The translations under genes were made by a program, and so were the position numbers. From the NCBI GenBank assembly GCA_021613535.1, contig CP075496.1, positions 3,968,001-4,032,000 of the forward strand: a stretch of DNA of 64,000 nucleotides. Reading direction: 5' to 3'. The DNA is from Adineta vaga. Lineage: Eukaryota > Animalia > Rotifera. Numbering within the stretch: position 1 is the stretch's first letter; every line of letters begins with the position of its first letter. Below the pieces are notes generated by a model that saw only the letters and a program-made list of their open reading frames with translations, did no database searches and was not told the origin of the DNA. Shown piece after piece: positions 38,291 to 50,707 of this stretch.

Positions 38291-40101
38291 ATGTTGGGCT
38301 GTTGTATACCTCGTGATCCGTCGAAACATACAAATAAAATGATTGATGAAGCATTGGAACGTGAAAGAAAAGAGATGCATGCTGAATCAAAATTATTATT
38401 ACTAGGTGAGAAATTTGAAATTTTTATGTTTTTAATTTAAGACAAAAGAGCATGTAAATCATTTTAGTTAATTATATAGAGAAAATGACTTATAAGACGT
38501 ATGTGCTGCTTTAAATATACTTCTTCACTTTTCTTGAGAGTAGTTTCGTTTCCGGATCATTTGATTTAATATGGATTGTTTTTGTTTTAGGTGCTGGAGA
38601 ATCAGGAAAGAGTACTGTTGTTAAACAAATGAGGTAAGTTTATGATTATTTTCGCAACAAAGAATGACAAATTCTCATTTAAATGTGTAAAGTGTCATTG
38701 TCAACATCTGCGTAGAATGTTACAGTATTTTTTAATTACAAAACTTTGCTTCAAGATAGGTTTTAATGGATTTTTTAAATAGATGCACTTTTCATAATTT
38801 CAACAAGTACTTTTCATCTCTTTCTGGATCAATTTGTCATTTCTACCCGAAAAAATATCATTGTACAAAGAAATGTTTATTTTTCTAGGATACTCTTTAA
38901 TGAAAATGGTTATACCACAGAAGAATGTCTTCGTTTTAAACCAGTTATTTTCTCTAATACAATTCAATCTATGTTAGCAATTCTACATGCAATGAGTCGA
39001 CTTCAAATAACATTTGAAAATGCTGATCGAAGAGTATGGAAATAATTGAATGATTTCATTTTTAAAAACATTATTGAATCTTTCTTTAGAAAGATGCTGA
39101 TATTGTACTTACTCATGCTGAAATTGAAGCTAATCATGAAATTCTACCTGAAATTGTTGGAAAAGCTATTCATTCTTTATGGAATGATAATGGTGTTCAA
39201 GCATGTTTTCTACGATCTCGTGAATATCAATTGAATGATTCAGCTGCATAGTAAAATCAATTGATTTCTTGAATTGAATTGAATCGCTTCGTTTTTTTTA
39301 GTTATTTAAATTCGCTTGATCGACTTATTCAACCGGATTATGTTCCAACACAACAAGATGTTCTACGTACTCGTGTTAAAACAACTGGTATTGTTGAAAC
39401 AACATTTACATTGAAAAAACATAAGTTTCGGTAGGAATTTCTTGGTTAAAATGAATTTATCAAATTCTATGTATATTGAAAATATTTAGAATTGTTGATG
39501 TTGGTGGTCAACGAAGTGAACGTAAAAAATGGATACATTGTTTCGAAGGTGTTACAGCTGTTATTTTTGTTAGTGCTCTGAATGAATATGATCTTGTCTT
39601 AGCTGAAGATGATAGTATTGTATGTATTTTTGACAAGAGAAAAGATATTTATTCATTGTGTATGTGTTTTTTTTTCTTCTCTTTTGTAGAATCGAATGAC
39701 GGAAAGTTTACAATTATTCAAATCAATTTGTAATAATCGATTTTTTCGTCAAGCTGGAATGATATTATTTTTAAATAAGAAAGATTTATTTGCCGAAAAA
39801 TTACGTTTTTCATCGATTAAAATATGTTTTCCTGAATATACAGGTTTGACATTGGTCAAACAAACTTTATTCTTTCTTACAATATTTCTTTTCTTTAGGT
39901 CTCAATACTTATGAACCATCGTTGAATTATATTCAAGAACAATTTGAAAAAATGGATTCAAGAGAAAAAATCAATGGTCATCAAAGAGAATTATATACAC
40001 ATATAACATGTGCAACAGATACCGAAGCAATGCAATTTGTCTTTGATGCAATATCAGATATGATTATACAAACTAATCTTATTCATGCTGGAATATTTTG
40101 A
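38291..40101 (+). CDS. Heterotrimeric G protein alpha subunit, divergent Gi/o class
   Basis: [58 protein letters not shown]. Begins MLGCC, ends NLIHAGIF*. Confidence 0.92.
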
Positions 40102-40380
40102 AATTTATTCACTGTTTATAGATGTGTATATACTTGTGTCTAGTTCAAATGAAAATTTTCTGCAATGTCGTAGTCAAATGTTTTTTGGTGAAGAGATAAA
40201 CTCGCGTCCAATGAAGATCGTGTCTTCTATTTATATAAATTTTTTCTGTTATTATTTTGGAAATAAAAATACAATATTCTTAGAACATAATATAACTTCT
40301 TGTGAATTCTATTGAGAAAAATTTTACTCTTATTTATTTCTTATATTAATCAATGACTACATCTACTTGTCAGAAATCTT

Positions 40381-41646
40381 CTATTGAAGTATACGTATGC
40401 AATCACCGGCCGATTGTAATCGAATAACAATTTTCCATGGAAATGGACATTTATCGAGATCAATTAAACATTGAGCTAAACGTTTTGTTCGATGATGTTG
40501 TAATTGAATTTGTTTATTATCACAATCTAATATTAATGTCAGTTCATCACCTGATGTAACTATACTTCGATATTTACTCGTTTGAATTTTACCATTAACA
40601 ATAGTTTCATTTAAATCCCACCAACCATAAAGAGAAGTATTATTATTATTTTGTGCTTGACCTGATCGACTAATGTTTTCTAATGAACGAATAATTCCGA
40701 AAAATAAACGTTGATCACCCATTTTTTCAATTCGAAAACGTATCTGATGTTTACCCGTCGAATATCGATTTATACCATAGATAATTGGTTGTGTTAAGAT
40801 CGATGCTAAACAACACGTGACAACAAGATTATTTTCTGATAGTAAAGCTTTTCCATCAATTTCTTCAAATCTTTCAATTATATTAGAGTTATACTCTTTT
40901 AAATTAGAGATCTGTTGATCCAACGTTCGAATTGTAGGTGTAGAAGGACGTTGTTGTTTATCAGCAAACGTAGGAATAGATTCTTTGATACTGGGATGCC
41001 GTTGCTCACAGTTTCGCATTACAGGAGTAAAAGGTCGTTGTTGTTTATCTGTGAAAGTATGATTTAATTCTTTGATACAATGATTTCGATGATCAGGTGC
41101 TCGAATTGTTGGAGTCGAAGATCGTTGTTGATTTTGTTTTTCATAAATTCGAATTAGAGGAATGGATAATTTCATATCCTCTTCACTATTAATAGATAAT
41201 ACTGCTGGAGCATCAAGTTTCTTGCGAATTTCTTTCAATTGTTCTATCCATCGTTTTAAATCATTTTCTGTAAAATCATCCGATTTTTTAGATGTTTGTA
41301 ATTCTTCGGTCATTTTTTCGACTGACAATTTTAGATCAGTTTTTGTTCGATTAAGATATTGTCTTAGGTCAATACGTGCATTTTCTGCTGCAGTTTGAAT
41401 TCTAATTATTGATTCTTGTTCCCATGTATTGATACGAATAAGAAATGGATGCGTCGATTGATCTTTCGACATGTCTTCTCGAAGGTTATCATGATCTTGA
41501 TTAATCATATCCATTTGTTGAGAAAGTTCAAGGCGATGTTCAACAAAATGTTTTGTACAGAATGTTTGCCGACATCCATTACATGTTGTTACTCCTCCAC
41601 CTTGATTACATTTAGTACATGGTTTCTTTCCGATCATAGTCGCCAT
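40381..41646 (-). CDS. B-box + coiled-coil + SPRY-like protein, copy 3 (linker with 3x29-aa repeat)
   Basis: KKPCTKCNQGGGVTTCNGC..FCTKH..EHR; YSTGKH, FFGI, YGWW, GDELTLILDC, HHRT, CPFPWKI. Confidence 0.82.
   Translation of the reverse strand: MATMIGKKPCTKCNQGGGVTTCNGCRQTFCTKHFVEHRLELSQQMDMINQDHDNLREDMSKDQSTHPFLIRINTWEQESIIRIQTAAENARIDLRQYLNRTKTDLKLSVEKMTEELQTSKKSDDFTENDLKRWIEQLKEIRKKLDAPAVLSINSEEDMKLSIPLIRIYEKQNQQRSSTPTIRAPDHRNHCIKELNHTFTDKQQRPFTPVMRNCEQRHPSIKESIPTFADKQQRPSTPTIRTLDQQISNLKEYNSNIIERFEEIDGKALLSENNLVVTCCLASILTQPIIYGINRYSTGKHQIRFRIEKMGDQRLFFGIIRSLENISRSGQAQNNNNTSLYGWWDLNETIVNGKIQTSKYRSIVTSGDELTLILDCDNKQIQLQHHRTKRLAQCLIDLDKCPFPWKIVIRLQSAGDCIRILQ
40870..41130 (-). repeat. Three degenerate 87-bp coding tandem repeats
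   Basis: QQRSSTPTIR / QQRPFTPVMR / QQRPSTPTIR units; TTGTTGTTTATC recurs at 40951 and 41038. Confidence 0.85.
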
Positions 41647-42235
41647 ATCTAACCTCACGTTTAAACAGAAAAAAAAGAGAATTAAAGCTTACATATGAAG
41701 AAAAAAATTCCACATACGTTTTGTGGTTATAATGTTCTTGTCGACACTTTTGATCAAAAGAAAAAACTAATACAATAGTCTATGTAGACTAAATTAAAAG
41801 AATAAAGTTACTTCATTTTTGTCGTGAAGTATCAGAAGGAGGAATAAAATACATTGAAAGACAGGAGAAGGAGAAAGATGTTGAGAACAAGGTGAAAAAG
41901 AAAGAGCGGACGAGAAAAATTCACTGTTTGTTTACTTAAATGTAGAATGATTTCTTCTCTTTTTTTCTGTCTGTTAAATATGACAGAATTAGGTTTCAAG
42001 GAGAAAATTTGATGCTATCCATATTCTGAGAAGTTCCTTCCTTACGTAATTTTCATCAAAAAAAAAGAACCCTGATTTGACCATGAAATGTTAAAAAGTA
42101 TTTTGTCAAGTGGGATGTCTTGAAGTCTAGACAATTTGTAGATCATTTCACAACTTTAACTCCTCCATCTGTAATGAATAATTTATTGAAAAAATAGTTT
42201 ACAAGAATATTTTTATGACTAGCAGATAAAATCAT

Positions 42236-42844
42236 TTATTGAAGAATATGAACACAATCACCATAGGTAGGTAATTCGACAACTATTTTCCAAGGAAATG
42301 GACATAATATTATATCAATCGGTAACTCTAGCGTTCTTTTTGTTCGATGATGTTCTAATTGAATTTTTTGTTCATCACATTGTATAACTAACGTTAATTT
42401 ATCGTAGTTTTTAATATCATTTTTTTCTTTATTTCGTTGAACTTTACCATTAATTGCACAACTATTCAAACCCCACCAACCATAAAGTGATCGATTATCT
42501 GTTTCGATTGATATCACTCGTTTAACTTCTTCACTTGCTGTACCGATTCCAAAAAAACAACGTAGATCTCCTCGTTTTTCAATTTGAAAATATATACGAT
42601 GTGTTCCAGAAGAATATCGTTTATAACCGTAAAGAATTGGATACTTTCCTAATGTTCGAAAGCAATACTTTGCGATCAGTCCGTTATTATATAGAGCAGC
42701 ACCGCCATCGACTTCATGAAATCGTTCTTTCAAAATATCGATTGTTGATAATGAATCAAGTTCTTCAACTGATATATCATTCTAAATATAAGAAGGAAAA
42801 ACTCATTTCTGTTGTAAAACTCATTTTCTTACTGTTTCAGCCAT
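42236..42844 (-). CDS. SPRY-like-only member of the B-box/SPRY family, copy 4
   Basis: MAET|NDISVEELD..ILKERFHE; YSSGTH, FFGI, SLYGWW, LTLVIQC, HHRT, CPFPWKI. No B-box or coiled coil seen upstream; start is tentative. Confidence 0.72.
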
Positions 42845-42934
42845 TATTTTCAAAAGACATAGATTGATTAAAAAGTGTGTGTTGTTTTCTTTTTCTGATC
42901 AATAGATCGGTAAAATGAAATCTGGAAGAAATGG

Positions 42935-44044
42935 AAATCAGTGACATCTGTTCCATGAAAAGAACGAGACCATCAGAATTGATTCACGAATGTAAAATAT
43001 GTATTCAGAAATTTATAAATGAAGAAAGACGAAAATCTTTAGATTTAGAATCCTACGAAGCCGATGTTCTTATTCCGAACACACTTTCTCTCTATTTCGA
43101 CACCGCACGCCGGAGTCAGAGTTAGGTTTCGGAATCAATCTGATTCAGGTTTCTGTTAAAAAACAATCGAAATCATCGAATAAAATCATTTGAAGTGATC
43201 TATATTATTCGAATCGATGATATCCTTTTCGTTATAACGGTTAATGAATGGAATTGCAGTGGCAATTATGAAAAATTAGTGTCGGTGCTAAGAAAAATGA
43301 TTTCTCTTATATTTAAAGAACCAAAAGATAAAACCGGAACATATCGACTGTTATAGAAAATCAGGCATGCAATTAACTAATATAGTCTTCTTTGTATTAG
43401 GACTTACTATGATATATGTGTTTGAAAATGTCTATGTCTCTGATTCATTCTCTCTTCAATAAAAAAAAGAAAAGGAATGCTCGTCAGATGATACCAAAAG
43501 TTATATGAAATATCGAATCACCTAAATGAAAAATTCCATTAGAAAAAGACATTGACTAGAACTGCAAGCGTTTATGGAATACTAGAATATCATTCTATAA
43601 AATAGTCATTGATAACTGTTGGTTTGTTAGAAGTAAAATAATTCGCGTGAATAGAGACAGATAGAAGATCAAAAACGAATAGATGTTGAATAAAGATGTA
43701 TCATTGAAAACTTGCTAATTCCTTCGCTACATTCGTTTCTGAATTAATATCTTTCACGGAAGTACACTATGCGGACTACTGCTCTTTGACTCAAAACTTT
43801 CGTTATAAATATTACGCAATATTCATAAATTTTATTCTTCAAACAGTTTTCTTTAAAGTTTGAGCGAAATAATAAATTGTATAGTGTCATGTTTTCCTTT
43901 ATTCTGATCGAAAGAGAATAGTTAAACTGAAGTTTCGAATAGATGTAAATCAGTGACCTCTGTTTCATGAGAAGAATTATATCATCAGAATTGGTTCACG
44001 AATGTAAAAGATACATTCAACTGTGAACAAAGACGCAAAATCTT
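42935..44044 (+). repeat. Dispersed ~100-bp direct repeat pair (42935-43039 and 43947-44044)
   Basis: AAATCAGTGAC(A/C)TCTGTT(C/T)CATGA...CATCAGAATTG(A/G)TTCACGAATGTAAAA...AAAGACG.AAATCTTT is present in both copies. Confidence 0.85.
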
Positions 44045-44113
44045 TTGTAAGAAAAATTTCCATCTGTTTCTCGCATTTTGTTTATTTCATTTAGTTTTTG
44101 TATAATAGAAAAG

Positions 44114-46242
44114 ATGTTTGGAAATAAATCAGTTTATATCTTAACAATTGTTTGGAATGAAAAACGTTTTATAGAATCGAAATCAGCACGCTATGCAGCT
44201 CGAAGATGTTTGTATCGAGCAGCAAATAGTAAGTTCAAATCAATGATCTACTGAAATATCTGAAAGATTGATGTATTCTAGTTCAATTACATACTGAATT
44301 AAAAAATCTGCTCAATCAAAATAATGAAATTCTTCAAGAAATGAGTCGATGTAACACTGATCTACAGAAATATGATGAAAAATTACAAGTACTTGATAAT
44401 ATGACTCATTTAGCAACAGAATCACTTGAAGTTTATTTTCAAACAGTAAGATATTCACTAATAGTAATAAATTGTGATGATGAATAATCTTTTATGTGTT
44501 AGCGTATGGAAAATTTACGTACATTTGTACATGAGCAATGCCGAGTTATTTCGGATGGTATACAAGAAGAAGCTGATCATTGGAAAGAAATTCATGCAAT
44601 GTTACAACAGTAAGAATGAATATGAGAGTGAGGTTTTTTTTTATAGTAAACTTTATTTCATAGGAAATTAGTAGTACCAGGTGATTTACGTTCATATGGT
44701 GGTGGAAATGGTTTACCTCGAACAGTAAAGCAAAGTCCAGAATTTAGTCGAATTATGGAAGAGGATGAAGAAGAAGAAGAAGAAGACGAAGAACATCAAG
44801 AAGAACAAAATAAAAATGATGTTTCTATTTTATTAGTAATATATAGTTGTTTCTAAAATATGAATATATCATGGGTAATTTTATTCTGGTTTTATTTAGC
44901 AAGCACGAACCTTAACGCCATTAATTACTCAAACGTTAAAGAGTAAGTTATATAAAAATAAAACTAATCTTTGATGTTAAAATACTTTGTTTTCAGAAGC
45001 TCGTTTACGTGCTTCAAAACGATCACACGATTCTTCTATAATTACTCCCTCTCATTTGAATATGTCGACAACAATTCAAGAGCAAACTTTAATTGAAGAA
45101 TGTCCATCACCATCTAATTCGAAAGAACCAGTCAATCATATGACATTACGTGATGTATCAGCAATTGAAAAAGAAACGGAAATGGAAATAGATGTAATTA
45201 ATCCTGATTTATCTGTTTCACTTTTACCATTTTTAACAACTATAAATCCAGATGATGAGAAAAAGGAACATAACAAATCAATACGATCAACTGTATCCGA
45301 TAAAACATTTGTTAAAACATCATTGAAACCGTTTTCATCCGAAGAAGATACAGACGATGATGACAACGAGGAAAACAATACTATGATTGAAGAAAGTTTT
45401 GTTATTGACAATGGAGGCACTAATCGACCTTTGGTATTAACTGCTGATCAATCGATTCGTATTCGTGATCAACCATCACGAAAAGAAAAGGTTTCATTAG
45501 AAAAGAAATCTTTAGAAGATAAAACAAAAATTAAACAAGAAAAAGTTAGTTTTCGTGAACCAATCAAAATTCGTAAGTTATCTTTTCTATCATAATAAAT
45601 CTCTTTGTTGTTTGTTTAGAAAACAATCCTGAACGAAATCGTTTAGGTAGAACATATTTATTGAACAATAATACATTTGATGCTGAGAAATCAGATTATG
45701 TTCGACCAACAATTGTTGTTACTCATGATACTTCAAGGTTATCACCTATTGCATCTGATGAATCGTAAGAACTTGTTTTATTGATCATTTAAAAATGTAA
45801 TGAAATTATTTTCATTAATCTCTAAGTGAACAAGAAGAACAAACGGAGAAACCAAAAAAAGCAGAGAAACGTTCAATCGATGATGTATTATCTACTTCCA
45901 CGTCAACTAATCGAACACGAACATTTAAAAGTCCAATTGTTACTCAATTACCACCACCTGTACCTACAGCAAATCTTGAAAATAGTAATAAACGACGAAC
46001 AACTCGTCGAACAACAATTCGACTATCACAAGATAATCAAAATGGTAATAAATTAACAATAAAAACGTTTCATAGAGTTTGTTTTTTTTGTAATTGTAAT
46101 AGTTCCACCACAATCAACAGAAAATCCATCGAAAACACGGTATCAAACTCGATATTCTACTCGATTAGCAGGAACTATGATCAATGAAGAAGTTACAATT
46201 TCAACAACAAATCGACGAACGACACGTCTTACTTCAGAATAG
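44114..46242 (+). CDS. Uncharacterised protein: N-terminal coiled coil, acidic and Ser/Thr/Arg-rich disordered tail (multi-exon)
   Basis: Successive GT-AG exons with open frames (LHTELKNLLNQNNEILQEM..., EEDEEEEEE, ...RRTTRLTSE*). No family recognised; start uncertain. Confidence 0.6.
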
Positions 46243-46536
46243 AAGAAGTATTGAATAATTATTTCTGTGTCTAAATTCATAAATCAATTCTTTTATAAAG
46301 TATTGACTAGTCAAAAGAAAAAAAAAACTTCTTTTCTACTTTCTTTTTTCTCTTTACTTTTTGTATGTATTTTTTGATAAATAAGCTTAATAAATTTAGT
46401 TCTCTGTTACGATAATGATCATAAAAAGAAATTCTGGATTAACAAGGCGCAGCGGATAAGATGATTTGATTTTCTTATATCAATAAAAAAAACAAAGAGA
46501 ATAAAATATTTTGTGTCAATGATGTATTCAATTCAT

Positions 46537-48091
46537 CTAATTTCCACAATTTGTACAAAGAAATCCACGTGGATCTTTATAGAATTTCTTCGAACCAATT
46601 GGTCGATGACATTTAACACATAGAAAACACTGTTCATGATATGTCTTCTCATCAACTATACTATAACGCGTATCAAATGGAATAATTTGTGTACATTTAT
46701 GACAACGTTTAGCAAATAATTCATCATTACATTTAACACAAAATGGTTCATTCTTGTTTGCACAAAGTAATTTTTCATTTTGTAATGATTTTTGACAATT
46801 TGAACATTTAAAACATTCAGAATGATAATCTCGTGTTTCATATGTTATACCGGATGATAAAATAGGTTTTCCACATGCAACACAATCTTTTGTATCGATT
46901 TCACATTTTTGACACCATGGTTGATCATTATGTAGTGTAAATGTTTGAGATGGATCTAATGGACGATGACATAAAGCACAAGTAAAACATTCGGAATGAA
47001 ATGAACGACCATTAAAATCAATACGACGATGTATTCTTTGCTCGATTGGCAAACCACATTCAACACAAAGTTTAGTTGATGAATTATAATTTCGTTGAAG
47101 ACAATTTCCACACTAAATAATAATTTTTAATTTATTTTCGTAGAAAAATATGATCATTTACTTTAAATCGTGAGCCTTCAGAATTTATTGTAAATACACC
47201 ATTGATTGGTTGTTTACATCGTTCACAGCAGAAACATTCGTAATGATATTCTTTATCATGTGCTTGAGTAATACGACTACCAGCATGAAATGGTAACATA
47301 CAGGCAGCACAACTAAAAGAACAATATCGTTCTTCTTGTACAACATTAAAACCTTGATGTTTTACGACTTACTGTTCAATTCCTCTGGTATTATTATCAT
47401 TTCCCATCGGAAATAACTCATAATTATGACCTTGTTCACCGCGATAATATGCCGCTAATTCATCTCGATTCAATGTTTCAGCTAATTTTTCTGCAAATTG
47501 AACGGATTTTTGTTGATTTCGTTGTTTTTGTTGATTTTGTTTTTGAAAACTTTGTTGATCACGTTTTTTGAAACATGATGTACAATAAATTTTATTTACT
47601 CGATCATCTTCATAAATTTCACCTTCAATTAAACTTTGACATTCTTGACATTTCAAACAATTATGATGATACTCTTTGTTATTATATCGTTTTGTTATAT
47701 GACGAGATGCAGGATTAAACGGAAGACCACAACCACCACAACTTGTTACTCTAAATAGATAACTATATTAACTCTAATCTAAATTCTCTTTCAAAAATAC
47801 ATACGTAGGTTTAGCTTCTGGTTCCTCGGTTTGCTTAGTTTTTCCTGCATTGGCTTTTTCCGAACGTGTACATTCTAGACAGAGTGCTTCTCGATCGAGT
47901 TCATCCGGTGTAAATGATCCGTCGTATGCTTTCGAACATCTAACACATGATAGACAATCTGAATGATATGTTTTTCGATTGATTGTTATTGTATCTTCTG
48001 TTCCATGACGAAATGGTCTTTCACATTTAGCACAACTATTTATCCAATAAAAATGAAATATTTTATTATATCATTTTATGTCTTACCTCAT
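46537..48091 (-). CDS. Six-LIM-domain protein (FHL/Limpet-like)
   Basis: Six CxxC...HxxCxxCxxC...CxxC units (starting CAKC, CGGC, CAAC, CVEC, CVAC, CHKC). The first coding exon is only ATGAG. Confidence 0.88.
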
Positions 48092-48335
48092 TTTGTTGCA
48101 GAGACACGTAGAAGAAATAACAAGTAAGAAATGTTGCTTTCACAGGAGAAACAATCGTTTTGAAAAAAAGAAAAAGAATAGTAGATTGTCGTTTCACCTA
48201 TTTTTGTTTTGCTTCTCAACACTTTCACTGAAAAACAAAATGAAACAGAAAGAAAAGAAAAGAAAAGAGTGTCTTTTTGCGTTTTTGCTTTTATTTTTTT
48301 AAAATTCATTCTCATGTCAATAGAAATGAATGGAG

Positions 48336-49436
48336 TTATATTCGACGCGACGATTTGCTATGACTGAAAGGGTTATAGATGTATCGAACGCCATGCAGTG
48401 GTTGAGAACTGATCATGCTTGAATCAAATTCTTGTCTACTCTCCATCACCATTTTCTACGAAGAAAAGAAAAACTTTTCAGATTATAATTTTAAAAAACA
48501 TTTCGTGTACTTTAACAGTTTCAAAGTGATCGAGAAGACGGTTTAGATGAGGCGTTTTGATACATTCATTCACAGTACCGGGATATGGTTTGGTTGGATT
48601 GATAGCAGACATACCTCTATTATAATCACAGAGTATTAAAACAATTCAATTGCATACTAGTTTTAATCCTAACTTACAGATAGTCGTGTGGTACAGTCAC
48701 GGCTACCATGTTTTCTGATAATTCATCCGTTGATATACTCGGCTAAAATGCAGAAGGAACTTTCAAGATCTCGCTTTTGCTATATTGTTGTTGTACAATC
48801 TTACATTTAAAAGGAAAAGCTCATTGGCAATCAATTCCAATACAGAATTTGATAATTGAGGCTATAAATACTATTTTGATATTATTCTATTTATTATCAT
48901 ATTTCTTTACATTCTTTTCTTGTCTATTAGCATAGATACATTTAATGACTGTTGTGTAAGATTCTAATGCATCTTTAATGATCGATTCTCGTTCATCGTG
49001 TGATTTAACTGTCGAATTCATATATTTCATCTGACGACGAGAAGTTACTGGCTAGAAAATTCTTTTTTGTTTTTCTTTTGTAAAATATTCAATTATTTCT
49101 ACTTGAGATTTCTTCTTCTGTCGATGAACTATTCTAAAATATTGTCGATATAGAACAGGTATCATTCTATGATTACTTTACTCAAATGAATTATGTTTCT
49201 AAATAGAAGAACGAGAATATTATTTTTCGATTCATTCGATATAGTTTTCATACATCAAACATAATATCATAAGCAATAGATGGCAATTGTCGACGTTCAT
49301 TTCGAACTTGATCATTAATCGCCAGTTCATATGCTATCTCATCAGGATTTGTTTGACCATGTTGTAATCGACCAAAATAGAACGAACCATAATCTCGATT
49401 TGTAGTTACAAATGGTTCAACAAACGATTGTTTCAT
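48336..49436 (-). CDS. Uncharacterised multi-exon protein with a 17-nt micro-exon
   Basis: About eight short exons splice in frame from MKQSFVEPFVTTNRDYG to ...YNPFSHSKSSRRI*. No family recognised. Confidence 0.5.
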
Positions 49437-49646
49437 ACTTTGTTTATAAATGAAAATATTTAGATATACTAATGGCGCCTTATGTAAGAAAAAGTTCGTT
49501 TATTTCGAAGAAAGACAAAAAGCATGAATAAAAAATAATAATCTTTAATTTCACTTAGCTATTAAGAAAATACAAATTTTATCTAAGATTTGTTTTGTAC
49601 CGATATATTTGCGTGATTAAATAGTAGATTATGAACTTCAAATAAT

Positions 49647-50471
49647 TCATTTTGAAGGCCACCATGGTATCAATCTAGATGTTGTTTGTTGATATTGTTT
49701 ATATTTGGGATATTTTTGTGAACTAACCGATTCCGTAAAAGTTGTTGAACCATTAATCAATGCTGTTAATGATATTGTACCTAAAATTGTCCAATTAATA
49801 TAAGAAAATGGTTGAACAGAAAATGTAAATGCATAAAAAATCCACCAAAGACAAATTTCCGAGAAGAAATTTGGATGTCGAGAGTATTTAAAAAGTCCTT
49901 GTTGAAGAAAACCATCTTTTGTTCCTGGTCGTTTGGCTTGTTTATCATCATGAAAATTCCATTGTTGTTGATCGGCAGTCACTTCCACAATGAAGAAGAA
50001 TAAGAAAAGAATAGTACAAACAAGATCCCATAGATTCAATGGAGCTGATCGATGTGATGCAATATAATAAATGGGACAAGCAATAAATAATAAAAGAATA
50101 TTTTGAAAAATAGAAATAAATGTGAAATTAAATATTTCAAATAAAAAACGATTATTAACAATTTTTCTTAATAATGGCCAACGATAATCTTCTCCTGACC
50201 ATGTATAACCGTCTTTTCGTGCGAAATTATATGATAAACGAAGACCCCATGTCCATGCGAGAATTGTCATAAGAAGTACTCGAGGTTGGAATGGTGAACA
50301 TATGAATACAATTAAACAATAAGTTGGTGGTAATAAACTCCAAAGTTTATCCACTTGTGAATGATTTTGTGTTAGAAAACCAAGAATAAAACAGACAATA
50401 GATGAAATACTCATCACCGTTAATAAGTATGTTCCACCATGACCTTGTTCGAACCATGTTAAAGGATTCAT
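49647..50471 (-). CDS. DUF1295 / steroid-5-alpha-reductase-like membrane protein, intronless
   Basis: SQVDKLWSLLP, WGLRLSYNFARKDGY..GEDYRW, ADQQQW.F, GLFKYSRHPNFF.E, TE..S..KYP.Y..YQ. Confidence 0.88.
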   Translation of the reverse strand: MNPLTWFEQGHGGTYLLTVMSISSIVCFILGFLTQNHSQVDKLWSLLPPTYCLIVFICSPFQPRVLLMTILAWTWGLRLSYNFARKDGYTWSGEDYRWPLLRKIVNNRFLFEIFNFTFISIFQNILLLFIACPIYYIASHRSAPLNLWDLVCTILFLFFFIVEVTADQQQWNFHDDKQAKRPGTKDGFLQQGLFKYSRHPNFFSEICLWWIFYAFTFSVQPFSYINWTILGTISLTALINGSTTFTESVSSQKYPKYKQYQQTTSRLIPWWPSK

Positions 50472-50707
50472 CTTTAAGAGACAGAGACAGAGATATATAT
50501 ATATAGAGAGAGATACAAGAAAATATAAGTCATAAATTGTTGTTTTCGTTCAAATCATATACAAAGAAAAAACAGATTCATTTGTCTATTAATAATAAGA
50601 ATTATTTAGGACATTTTAATTAATCTGCACCGGGTTCATGGAAGACAAGGAAAAAAACCAACAAAGAACTAGATCCAGAAAGAAAACAAACGATTTCGAC
50701 TAGACGA

